A DNA stretch of 64,000 nucleotides from Mobula hypostoma (lineage: Eukaryota). The stretch covers positions 61,072,001 to 61,136,000 of the forward strand of contig NC_086108.1 in the NCBI RefSeq assembly GCF_963921235.1, given 5' to 3'. The translations under genes were made by a program, and so were the position numbers. Shown piece after piece: positions 48,336-60,619 of the stretch. The stretch's first letter is position 1. Every line of letters starts with the position of its first letter. A model generated the notes under the pieces. That model did not search any database and was not told where the DNA came from. It saw only the letters and a program-made list of their open reading frames with translations.

Positions 48336-50864
48336 TTCAGAACATAGTGCAGCAGCTACGAAGAAAGCATAATGTAGCTAAATAAAAAGGTGCAGGAGCT
48401 ATGTCGATGTAGATAGGGAGATCAAGAATTCATCAGTAAAGAATGGGGAAAATGTAACAAAAGCAGTAGAAGCTCCTGTCCACTGTGGGTTTTGAATCAG
48501 AAATATAGCAACTGCTTATTCTCCCCTTTTCAATTAATTCCTTTGATGCTTCTTCTACCTCTTCAACATACAAGCTCTTAAAGCTATGGGTTAGCTCCTC
48601 TTGATCAATAAGTTTGCCGGCATTGTCTTTTTAATCACTGACTGTTTCCCACACTGTAGATTTTAAACCTTCAATTTAACGTACCAGGGGACAAAATAAA
48701 GGATTTTGAGAGAGGTCCCCACTCGGTGAGCTATAGACTGCTACCTCCGGACAAGTGAAGTTATGCCGTTCCGTGCATGTGCAAGTTAATCAAACAATCT
48801 TAGAGGTATTATGAGTTCTGCAATAATCAATTCTGCATGTAATACGCAACACAGATAATATTCTTATCTCTGATCCTTGCTCCTCAGTCACAGTAAAATG
48901 GTGTGGAGCTAAAAGCAATGTGATTAGCTCTAAAGCAACTGTGTAATTTTAGATCTGAGGGCAGCACTTGCTTGGTTTGAACAATGGACCTGTTCATTCA
49001 CCGCGGGGCTCCATTGATAAATATGTCATGATTAGAAATTTTTTATACATCTACCACATCTTTTGGCACTCATGGGGTGCAAAGGGATACATTTTATCAG
49101 CTCCCAGCAATAGTCTCCTAGCAGCGGTAAAAAAAGCTCCTCCCGCCAGCAAGTGAAAACATGACTCTATCTATATTATTAATACAGTCAAAGTACATTT
49201 TATTAGCTCAAAAGGGAAATTTAAAAGAATAGAAACACATTCTGCCTTGGCAAAATATATATGTATAAGATTGGCTGCAGTCAATTTGAAATTTACTATC
49301 TTATTAATGCTGTAATTAATGGACATCCTCGATGTGTCACCAATGTTCAGAAAAAAAGGAAAAATAAACACTCATAAATGTGACTTAGATAATGGTTTAA
49401 TAATATCTGTGAAACTGAATTTCAGCCTCCTCTGGTGTGGTAAACCTGCTTTTCTGTTCAGTACGAAGGCCTAATTGGACCCTCTCAAAAAAAGAACATT
49501 AAATTGACAAAGTGATATTAAAAAGCCACGGTAGGTTTAAACTAAAAACATGCACTTCGACTTGACTTAATTGGTTCCCACCAATTGGGCCAAACACAAT
49601 TGAAGGCTTCTAACTAGTTGCTACACTTCAAATAAGGGCATGAGCCTTGAAATCACTGTCTTCATGGCTGCTAGACAGCAGTAAAACAAATTGTTGTGCC
49701 GTGAGGAGACAGTAGCTGCAGGGTAGAGACAGTCTGCACTCACTTTTACTCGAAGGGACAATGTAAGTGTTCATCAGAGAGACAAATGTCCCAAGAGGGA
49801 CACAGTGTGCCAAGGAATCTTGGAAATCAGTCTGGGTCACCATTCAAAGAGTCAAGCAGGGGAAGACTTTAGCTCTCTTCACCAGGTATAAGAATGCCAA
49901 TTCATTTGAGCAACATGGAAATAACTGGGGATTGTATGCATTGTGATAGCAACAATATAAATAGAATGTGGATATCAAAAAACAAAAATAAACTGCAAAT
50001 GCTAGAAATCTGAAATTAAAATAAAATTTACCAGAAGCTCTCATTAGGAAAGGCAGAATGAATGGAAACACGAAACTAAATAATATTCTAGGTTGAGGAC
50101 TTTTCATCATATGTAGAAGCCAATTTGCCTGAATGCACATGGATGTGTCCAACCTAATTCCAATTGGTGTGGTTTCATGTAGTTACAGTAGTATTGCTTG
50201 TACGATCTATTTTATGTTATTTCACACATAGAAATTGGCAATAATCCATCTAATATCTCAGCTGTTGTATTTTAATTCCAGGCTATTACTGAATCTATTG
50301 GGAGTTTCTTTATTTTTGGAAAGCGTACATATGTAAAGTGAAATTTAGACATAATTTGGTAAGATTTAATTGTATGGTAAAATGTGCTTCTAAACTACAA
50401 ATTGATAACATGTAAAACGTTAACAACAATATTGAAAGAATGCATTATTTCATATAATTTAGGATAACTGCAGTACATTCCCTTTGGAATCAGATAATGA
50501 TTCATTTGACCCTTTTTCTACATAAAGATTAAGATCAGAGACTAATTTATTGGCTTCTGGGACATGTTATGCCCACTAAAGCAAAATAGCGAGTCCTGCA
50601 GAGATAAAATGAAAAGGAATAATCACTTCATTTACCTAAAGAATTTTTAAAGCAGATTTTAGCATTTCCTTTAAATAGGATCCTAGGCTAGAAGTGTGTT
50701 GTGCATATAGTGTCCGTTAAGATTTATATGGATCCTGGATCTGGTAGAAATTGATCCCTTCTTAATTGTATTGGAGATACTAGTACAATTGGGGATAACC
50801 CTATAAAAATCTATTATGGCCGCATCTGTGAATATTGTAATATAACAGAAGCAGGTAGGATACA

Positions 50865-51000
50865 AAGTGTCACGTATAGAATGCTGGAGGAACTCAGCAG
50901 GCCAAGCAGCATTTATGGAAAAAAGTAAATGGTTGACATTTCAGGCTGAGACCCTACTTCAGGACTTCAGGACTGAGAAGGAAGGGGGAAGATGCCAGAA
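50865..51000 (-). mobile_element. Penelope-like terminal repeat fragment
   Basis: atgctggaggaactcagcagg... repeat; degenerate hammerhead CTGAAGT-AGGGTCTCAGCCT-GAAAT-GTC on the minus strand. Confidence 0.65.
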
Positions 51001-51169
51001 TAAATGTATTTCTTGGATCAAAGCTAGATGCCAGGACACATGTGGGTCTTTAGTATCAAGCATTAAGTGGGCCATGTAATTAAAGATAAGATGTTGGAAG
51101 ACACTTTCAGTTCAGGATGGAAAAATGAGGAGAATTAAGTTGTTTGCCAGGTTAAAAAAGTTTGCCTTA

Positions 51170-52917
51170 TCTTTTAGAGCATTGGTGTTTAACGAGCTGC
51201 CAGCAGAAGTGGTAAATGTGAGTTCAGTTGCAATATTTAAAAGAAAGTTTGATAGGTACATGGTTGAGAAGTGCATTTGGGGTGTGGGGGGCAGATGGAA
51301 GGTATGATCCTTATGCAGGTAGATGGGACTAAGCAGAAGACCAGACTAGATGGGCTGAAGGGTTTCTGTGCTGTAGTGCTTGATAACTCTATGACAGTAT
51401 ATACACCTAGCAAAATTCATTTGCTCTCCTCCATAACCCTTGCTGAGCCAAGTACTGCAGTTTAAATAGTCGTCCTAGTATGAATTAATTTAAAAAGGCT
51501 TTAACTCCTGAATTTCTGTCGAGAAGAGTGATGGTGAGAGGCAGTTAGAGGTTTCCCCAGATCCATTAAGAGGCAGGTTTTGGATGTGTTAGCAGGCATA
51601 ATGGTGGTTAAATCTCAAAAGCCTAATGAGATTTATTTCAGGCTGCCATGGAAAGCAAGGGAGGGGATTGCTAAGGTTCTGAAAGTGATTTTAAAATTTT
51701 TCTTGGCTGCAGGTGAAGTGCCATAATGACTAAAGGACAGAAGTTATGATAGCTTTATTCCAGAAGGGCAATAAGGGATAAGCCAGGTAATTACAAGCCC
51801 ATGCCACAAACGATAGAATCAGAGTATTCACATTCAGATTGTCATATACAGGAGATTAACAATCTGGATGTGAATGTAGGAGGCATGGTCAATGAGTTTA
51901 CAGATGACATGGAAATTAGAGTTCTAATTGATAATGAGGAGGGTAGCATGAGTCTTCAGGACAATTATGATGATTTGGTAAGATGGGTAGAGCAATAGCA
52001 GATGGAATTTAATCAATTCATAATTTATTGTTAATAGATAATATAAATATACTCGGTCTTTTTCACAGGTTTGTGAGATCTAGATCTAGGGGGCAGAGGT
52101 TTAGGGTGAGAGGGAGGAACATGAGGAGCATCCTTTTTTAGCCAGAAGGCGGTCGGCGTTTGAAATGAGCTGCCAGTGGAAGTGGCTGAGGTAGTTACAT
52201 TAACAACATTTTAAAGACACTTACAGAAGAACAGAGATAGGAAAGGTTTAGAGGGATATGGGTCAATTATGGTCAAATGGTAGCAGCTTAGATGTCATCT
52301 TTGGCTTGGACCAGTTGGCCTGAAGGGTTCTATAACTTTATAACACCATGGCTCCAATCCTAATGAATGTGAGCTCTTGCACTTTTGGAGGACTAATAAG
52401 GCAACCACTTACACATTGAATAGCAGAGACAAATCAGATTGCCAAGTGTAGGCACAATATTGAGAAATGTAGGGACCTCGGATTCCTGATGGTGGTAGCA
52501 CTGGTGAAGATGTCATATGGAAGAACTGTCTTTATTAGGGGGACATAAAAGAGCAGGATGGATATGGTACAAAGTTGGGACACTGTGGACATTTCTGGTG
52601 CCACACCACAGAAAGCATAATTAGAGAGATGCTAAGGAGATTTATTAGGATGTTGCTGAGATGGAATGTTTCGCTTATGTGATACACTGAAGAGGCTGAG
52701 TTTGATTTTTTGGAGCAACAAAGGTCGAGGGGAGACCTAACTGAGGTGCACAAAATTATGAGGGGCATAAATACAGCAGGGCTCCAATGCCTAAAAGGGC
52801 ATAGGTTCAAAATAATGGATAAGAGGAGAACCTGATGAAAAATTATTGTGAAGAGCACTTGAATCACCAGACACAGAAGGCTATGGGCTAGGTACTGGAA
52901 AATAGGACAAGTACAGG
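51170..52917 (+). mobile_element. Cluster of decayed CR1 fragments (the tail continues at ~56207-56260 after the Gypsy insertion)
   Basis: NELPAEVV...FKRKFDRYM, INNLDVNVGGMVNEFTDD and CR1 3'UTR motifs. Confidence 0.7.
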
Positions 52918-55900
52918 TGTCAGGAAATATAGAGGCGGCTTGCCACAAAAGCAGAGCATTGGAAACTATTTAGCAGTAAATGACATTTTACTAATAAACT
53001 GCAAAATAACAAACAACAGCAGGCCATGAAACAAGTGAGAAGTCAAATACTTAGCAACGACAAGGCAACATAATAACTGAAGATTAGGAGCAATTGGTTG
53101 TGGCTGGCTAGTTCAATGGACTGTGGATAAGCGCTGGGTTTAAATATGCTGGTGATGAATTGGAAACGAGTGGCAGGTGATGTGATAGTAAGGTAGACTG
53201 GGAGGTGCCTACCCGTACAGGCCTGATAGGACCACCCTCCCCTCTTACGGCTGGTACCTGATGACCCAGGACAATCCAGATAGGTCCAGTGGAACTCTAA
53301 ATAGAGATGGATTCAATTGGACAGGAAGGTGACCTCTCTTCTGGGCCGTACCCTTCCCAGTTGAATGGATAACATACACCCTAGCCACGATGATGTAAAT
53401 CCATCAACTGGCAAACCGTGTACACTGGACCACCCTTTACCATCCTAGGTTCTGGAGGTGCAGCTCAGGTGGGTTGACTGGTGCATGGACAACAGGCTTG
53501 ATGCAGGACTTCTGGAAGGTAGGTGTGATCCTGAGGGATGGTGGTAACTGGAGATGTTAAATGACTGGATTGGTACGATGGGTAATCTTGAATGAACCAA
53601 TGTACCGGGGCAAGAGTTTGTGGGAGCTTCTGCAAAGGGGCAGATCTAGGGTGGCCAGCTAAACATAATCTCCAGGCCAGATTACTCTGGCTGGGAGACA
53701 CCATCGTTGGCCTGGTGGCAATAGGAGCAGTTGGCAGCTAGAGCGGTCATCTGTGCTGTCTTCCGAGCATTGTGGCAGTGGCAAACGAGGGCCCTGGTAG
53801 ATAGGATCACTACCATTGTCTCCTCCATGGGGAACATTGCGAGATGGTAGCCATGAAGCACTTCAAAGGGTGACATATCTGTGGCAGAGGAGGTATGTAG
53901 ATTGTGGAAAGTTCAGCTCAGAGCAGATGCTTCTTCCATGTGGAAGGGTTATAGGCAGTGAAGCATCGCAAAAACTTCTCAATCCACTGATTGGCTCTTT
54001 CTGACTGACCATTGGTCTGCAGATGATAGCTAGAGGACAAACTCACTGAGGTGCACAGGAGGTAGCAGAAGGCTCACCAAAGGTGGGTGACAAATTGTGG
54101 GCCCCATTCCGACTCAATGTCCTGAGGGAAACTGTGGAAGCAAATTACTTGTTGGAGAACCAGGTCCACCATCTCAACTTCTGTTGGAAGTTTGGGGAGG
54201 ACAGTGAAATGGGCCACCTTGGGGAACCAGACCACGACTGTCATGATCATCATGGCCCCATTGGAAGGAGACAAACCTGTGAAGAAATCCGTGATGTGGG
54301 ATGGTTGGAGGAACAGGGCAGGGTAGATTGGGGGCAGGCAGTGACAAACTGACACACTTCTGTGATGATGGTGGGCCAGCAGAACCGGCGTTTCAGGAAA
54401 TCCGGAGTTTGTCTTGTACCTGGTTGTCCTTGGAGTGCCTCAGAGCGCACGGCCACTGGCATGGACATTTGGTCGTCAGGTGTGTGGGCAGGAGCAAGGT
54501 TGTGCTGTTGGGCCTGGTGGATCTGGTTCTCAAGATCCCAGGTGATCAGGGTGAGGATCTGCGAGGATGGTATGATGGTCTGAGCGTCGGTCTGAATTTC
54601 ATCTGGGTCAAACTGTCATGGCAGGGCGTCCGCCTTGGTGCTCTTGGTTTCGTTCATTTCCACAGATTTATGGAGCAATATCAACTGAAGTTGTTGGCAG
54701 GTGGTCTAGCAGATGGGTACTGGATGATCAGGCAGTGAGGGTCATGAGCGGAGACCCAGGGATAACCAAAGCTGAAAGGAGTATTGGGTGAGTTGATAAG
54801 GCCGAACTGGATGAACTCACAGTGCTCTCCATTGCTCATGCAAGCAGGCTGTGTACACGTTCTGACCATCCCAGACCTCAAGGGACATCCATCAACAGCT
54901 GTGATGCAGAACAAGTGATCAATAGGCTCAGCAGGGAGTCCGAGCTGGACACATACACATTCACATAGAATCTGGTCCAGCGAGTTGCCTGCTGTGCCAG
55001 AATCCATCAGAGCCTCCCGTGTGCAGAGTGCCACTGGAGTGCGGAGGAGGACAGAGAGAGTGAGACGGGCTGTGGTGTTGGGAAGAGGGGCCGGGGAGAG
55101 CCTACCAAATAGAAAGCCTGTTGTCTCTGCCTCATGGAGCTGTTTTTGGGATGCAGTGGTCATTTCATTCATAGCTGATAAGCTGCTCCGCAGTAAGCAT
55201 ACACGTTGCTTCACCACGAGCACTTATGCTCTTGGGGGAGTTAAGGGAGGTCTCCCGAAGTGCAAGGGTTCTGGAACCTGAAAGTGGTTCGGGGAACAGA
55301 AGCAGGGCTCTGGCCAGTGATGTGGAGGGTCATTCCAGAAGGCATTTGTCAACATGGAGAACCTGAGTGAAGAGGCTTCTGAGGTCAGTTTGGCATCTCA
55401 TAGGTAGGCTGCTCATCTTCCAAGGCCTCCAATGGGCTAGCAGCACGTCCACATTCTAGCCACACTCTACCAAGTAGATCTAGAATTCCATGGTGTAATT
55501 CAGCACCGAGCAAGAGCCTTGATGCAGGCAAAATATCCGATCTGCTGTCTCACTCCCACTTCCCTGTGGCACTGCCCCAGGTCAGAGCTCATGAAATCAG
55601 GAGGAAGAAGACAAAGGCACTCCAGTCTTAGTCTGCAGAACACAGAGGTGGCTGGAGCTTGAAGTGTAGGACAAAACGGGACAGGAAAAGGATCCATCAA
55701 AGCTTTCTGGCACCAGAGTCCGGGGCTCTGAGGGAGGAGGTTGACTGGCAAGGAATTGCTGTAATGAGACAGACAGTTGGTTGAGAGTGGTAAGCAGATG
55801 ATCAGTAGTTTCCTGCTGCTTCTGGATCATGTACTCAGGGCCCCAGATAACTTCCTTTCGGTGAGCAAACTGCTGGTTCACTCATCCTGTCAGGAAATGT

Positions 55901-56201
55901 GGAGGAGGCTTGACCCAAAGAGATAGCTACTGAGACGATTTAGCAGTACATGACACTTTACTAATAAACTGCAAAATAACAAGGCATGACCTGCCAGAAA
56001 ACAAGAGAGAACAGATACTCAGCAAAACTGGCAACAAGGTAACTGAAGGTTAGGAACGTCTGGTTTGAGGCTGGCTAATTCAATGAGTGAACAAGGATTG
56101 CGGATGCGAGCTGGGTTTAAATAGGCTGCAGGAGATGTTGGAAATGAGTGGCAGGTGACTCCTGTTAGCTGGGTGGAGACTGGAGGTATGCAAGACTGAC
56201 A
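52918..56201 (-). mobile_element. Sushi/chromovirus-type Gypsy LTR retrotransposon, decayed, with RT deleted
   Basis: TSD ACAGG on both sides. LTRs at 55888-56201 and 52918-53228 both start TGTCAGGAAAT on +. Polypurine tract on - at 53229-53246. Protease ALMDSGTAGN, integrase remnants (FLKRRFCWP, FPKVAHF, GPQF, SPFEVLHGY) and a chromodomain-like WEGYGPEERS. Confidence 0.85.
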
Positions 56202-56264
56202 ACAGGTAGTACTTGAATCGATATGATGGACCAAATGGCCTGTTTCTGTGCTGTACTATAAGGC

Positions 56265-58185
56265 CTTTTACAATCTGCTGAAGGCTGGATCAGTTGTGTT
56301 CCTGTCTGGAGACCAAGTAAAATACAAGAACTCCAAGTACGATCTCCAAAAAGTCACCTTACGTGCAAAGTGGCAATTACAACCTAAATTTGAATCAGGA
56401 AGGATGCTCGACAACTGTGGCAGGGCTTGAATGCTATCACCTCTTACAAAGTGAAACCAAGTGACAGAGGTGACAAGGTTTAGCTCTCTGATGAGCTCAA
56501 TGCCTTTTATGCTTACTTTGATCATCAAAACATGGAGGCATGTTCACAAACTCCCACAGGCCCCAATGACCCTGTGATTTCATTCTCTAAGGTCGATAAG
56601 AAAGCAGCTTTCTGGAGGGTGAACCCACTTAAAGCATCCAGCCCAGGTGGGGTACCTGACTAAGTACTAAAGACCTGTGCTGACAAACTGGTTGGAGTGT
56701 GCACCGATATCGTTAAACTCTTGCTTCAGCAGTCTGAGGTACCCATCTGCTTCAAGCAGCCTTCAATTATACTGGTGCCTAAGAAGAACGTGGAAACCGG
56801 CCTTAATAACTATGGTCCAGTCACACTTACACCCACTCTCATGAGGAAACATATCAATTCCTGCCTGAGAAGTGACTTGGATCCGCTCCATATTGCCTAC
56901 CATCACAACAGGTCAACAGCAGGTACCATTTCTTTGGCTCTTCACTCGACCCTGATGCTCTTCATTGACTAAAGCTCAGCATTTAACACTAACATCACCT
57001 CAAAACTAATCAATAAGCTTCAGGACCTTGGCCTCAATAACTCCTCATGCAACTGGATCCTGAATTTCGTCACTTGCAGATCCCAGTCAGTTCAGCTTGG
57101 CAACAACATCTCTTTCACATTCATCATCAACGCAGATGCACCATAAGATAGAGGAGCAGAATTAGGCCATGTGGCCTATTGACTCTGCTCTGCTGTGCAC
57201 CACTGTTGTTGGCTGAATCAAAGGTTGTGAATAATTAGCATATAGAAGGAAATTTGAGAATCTAGCTGAGTGGTGCCACAACAATAACATCTTATTCAAT
57301 GGCAGTAAGATCAAGGAGCTGATTATTGAATTCAGGAGGAGGAAACCAGAGTTCTATGAGCCAGTCCTCATCAGGGGATCAGAGGTGAAAAGGGTCAGCA
57401 ACTTTAAATTCCTCAGGCGATTTGTGCTGGGTCCAGCATGTAAGTATTATTACGAAGAAAGCATGGCAGTGCCTATACTTTCTTAGAGGTTTATGGCATG
57501 TCATCTGAAACTTTGACAAACTTCTATAGAAGGGTGAAGGGTACATTGACTCAAATGTAAACACCAAGACCTCGTGTGGAAACACCAAGACCTTTGAATA
57601 GAAAAGCCTGCACAAAGTAATGGATACAGCCCAAACGTTCACAAGTAAAGCCCTTGCCACCATTGAGCATAGCTACATGGTGTACTGCTGTAGGAAAGCA
57701 ACATCCATCATCAAGGACCCCCATCATCCAGACCATGCTTTCTTCTCACTGCTGCCATGAGGAAGAAGGTACAGGAGCTTCAGAAACCACATCATCTGGT
57801 TCAGGGGCAGTTATTAATGCTTAACCATCAGGCTTTTGGATTAGAGGGGTAGCTTCATTCAACTTCACTTGCCCCATCACTGAACTGTTCCCTCAACCTA
57901 TGGACTCACTTTCAAGGACCCTTCACCTCATGCTCTCAATATCTTTTGTTTGTTTGTTTACTTGTTTAGTTATTTATTTACTATTTCTTTCTTTTCGTGT
58001 TTGTAGTTTGCTGTCTTTGCACATTGGTTGCTTATCCATCCTGTTAGGTGGGGTTTTTCACTGATTCTATTGTGTTTCTAGTAATTATTGTGAATTCCCA
58101 CAAGAAATTGGATCTAAGGGATGGATATGGTGACATATATGTACTTCGGAATACATTTACTTTGAACCTTTGAATTTTGAATTTC
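56265..58185 (+). mobile_element. Decayed Rex1-like LINE
   Basis: LQQSEVPICFKQPSIILVPKK, LRSDLDPLHIAYHHNRST; ttgaacctttgaattttgaa tail. Confidence 0.8.
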
Positions 58186-59291
58186 AGGATAAGGGCTTTT
58201 ATTTTAGAAAGTATTTTCAAAATCTAAAATTTAATTGGCATTGAATAACTATACAGTTTCACTCAACACTTTCTGACCAAGACATTCATCATTCACCCAT
58301 GATCATTTTCCATGTTATGTGGGAAATAGTCCCCTTCTCCAGCTAGATTTTACTATATTCAACTTATATCTGTCCATGTTTACAAATATTTTGAGGAAAT
58401 GACTTGGATGTGATGACAGTGTTTGTCCTTATTAATTATCCTTTCATGAGATTTTTGTTAAGGACAGTACTTATTTCTTTAGCACTCTTAAATTGGTTGG
58501 ATTACTGGACCGATTTAAGAGGGCAGCAAATAATCAAAAGCATTGTGTTAGTTTGAAGTCACAGCTAATCCAAACTGGCTAAGGAAAGCAGATCTCTTTT
58601 CTTGAAGGACCAAAGTGAACCAAGTTGTATATTGTATTCACTCTGCTGACCACGAACACTCAAACTAGCCTTGTTGCTTTCAAGTTATTTGGTTAAGTCA
58701 ACTTAAATTCCATAACTATAGTAGTGGACACCAACCAATACAGGGACAGCTTTTTATCTATAACTATGAGGTTCTTGAATTAACCTGCACAGCCTCATCC
58801 TACTTCAATAAGGGAGCACTACAAACCACCTCTTACACTACCATTGACTTGTTTCTAATTGTGCTTTTGCATTAAAGTCTTGCTTTACACAGTCTTTGTA
58901 TATGTACATGTGAGAATACTCTGGACTTAGACTTGGTGGTTTAAAATTCAAGGCTCCAAAACGTTACTCTAGGCTGTCAATTGCTGGCCATAATGTAATG
59001 AGAAAGCTACTGCACTGACTGTACCTTATACCCTTTGTATTTGTTCTGATCGTATATCAGATATCAATGACAAGTAACAGCAGGGAAAGGTGTAACAAAG
59101 TGAAGTCCTGTCAAACAGCAGGATGGCAAAAAGCAAAAGCAGCATTGCACATTCTTGTGTCCAAGTCCGGCAATTCCTGTGAATTTGCTCAGATCACGAT
59201 ACATTTCCTATAGAGGCGAAAAGCACTCTGGTGCCATGGAATCAAAATTTAAGGGCAGTTCTGTATTTTAGTGAACTAAAATAATACCTAC

Positions 59292-59532
59292 CATCTTCCT
59301 TCATTTGTTTTTCATTAACTGCCCAAATATATTCATATGTTCCACCAAGTATGCCTTCACTTATGTAATGAGTTCCATAGTCCTTAAAGATTTCCCTGTA
59401 TTCTCCATAGTTGTAAACTGTTGGCAGTTGTTTAAGTCTTTGAAAAAAATCATAATGGAGCATCAAGTCCCTGGGTTTTACCTTGAACTGAGCCACTTGG
59501 AGGGAGAAATATGAATGATATAGGTGTGTTCT
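59292..59532 (-). CDS. C8B: Complement C8 beta exon (MACPF core)
   Basis: Minus strand ctttcag|AGA...GAT G|gtaggt, 241 bp. LQVAQFKVKPRDLMLHYDFFQRLKQLP...FKDYGTHYISEGILGGTYEY carries the MACPF signature YGTHY..LGG. Confidence 0.95.
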
Positions 59533-60619
59533 CTGAAAGTGAACAAGAAGAATCCAACAATTGAAGAGCATGATTACTGAAGTATTCTGTGTTACTTTAC
59601 TTGATCAGTCTGTATATAATATATAATCTGATCTAAGGGGACAACAACAAGGGAATGATGGCCATTCATTTCCTTAATGATATTCTTTAAATCCATTTTG
59701 AGATCACCATCATTCCCTCTGCTTGTCATTTTTCAACAATTTTCCATTTGTCAGTTAACATTAAAGTAGCAAACAGCCCCAACAAAACTGATGTCAGTGG
59801 GTGAAAGGAGGAAAACAGAATAGTTTAAACGATATATTATCACATACTTACTGTTCCAGAATATTTGAGGACATTTTGCATCATTTTCTTGAAATTATTA
59901 CTCTGGTAACTAATTCCAAGTTCAAAAACTGTTGGAATATTAATATTAAAACCAAAACTGGTATGTTTTTCATTTTGTTCAAATCTGCTGGATGTAAAAT
60001 TTTTGAAAGATGTATATTCATTGAAGGACAGTTTTAATTTTCCTTCTGTCTGTAAAGAAAAGAGAAAACACTTGTGAAATGAGGCAGACTTGTAGGATCT
60101 GTATTATATAGCATGGACCTAGATCTTTGTTCCATTGAGTCTACACTGAGCAATGTGCTAATCCTTCACTAATGCCATTCCCAGCAGTTATCACCAGCAG
60201 CTATTCACTACTTCATGTGAGACAATATACAGTGGCCAACCGTACATTTTTGGCACCCAGGGCAAGCCTATGTGTGATTATGTACAAACTCCATATAGAT
60301 TAAACTAAGGTCTTTGGAGTTAGGAGGAAAAAGCTGTGGCGCTGGGCAGCCCCATGAACTTACTTGAAACAATTCATACGCAGAAAAATACACATGCAGG
60401 TCATACTATGATCATAGAATGTAATTAATGACATGAGTAATATTTAAATTAACTAAAAATGCTTAGTTGTCAGTGGCAGATCCTGTGTAATGGTATGTTT
60501 AACATGATTCGTACTGAGCATGTGAATATGATTGTAGGACTTGGGACAAGACCACAGCTGCTGGAATCTGGAGCAACAAGCAATCCACTGGAAGAACTTA
60601 ATGGGTTAAGCAAAATCCC

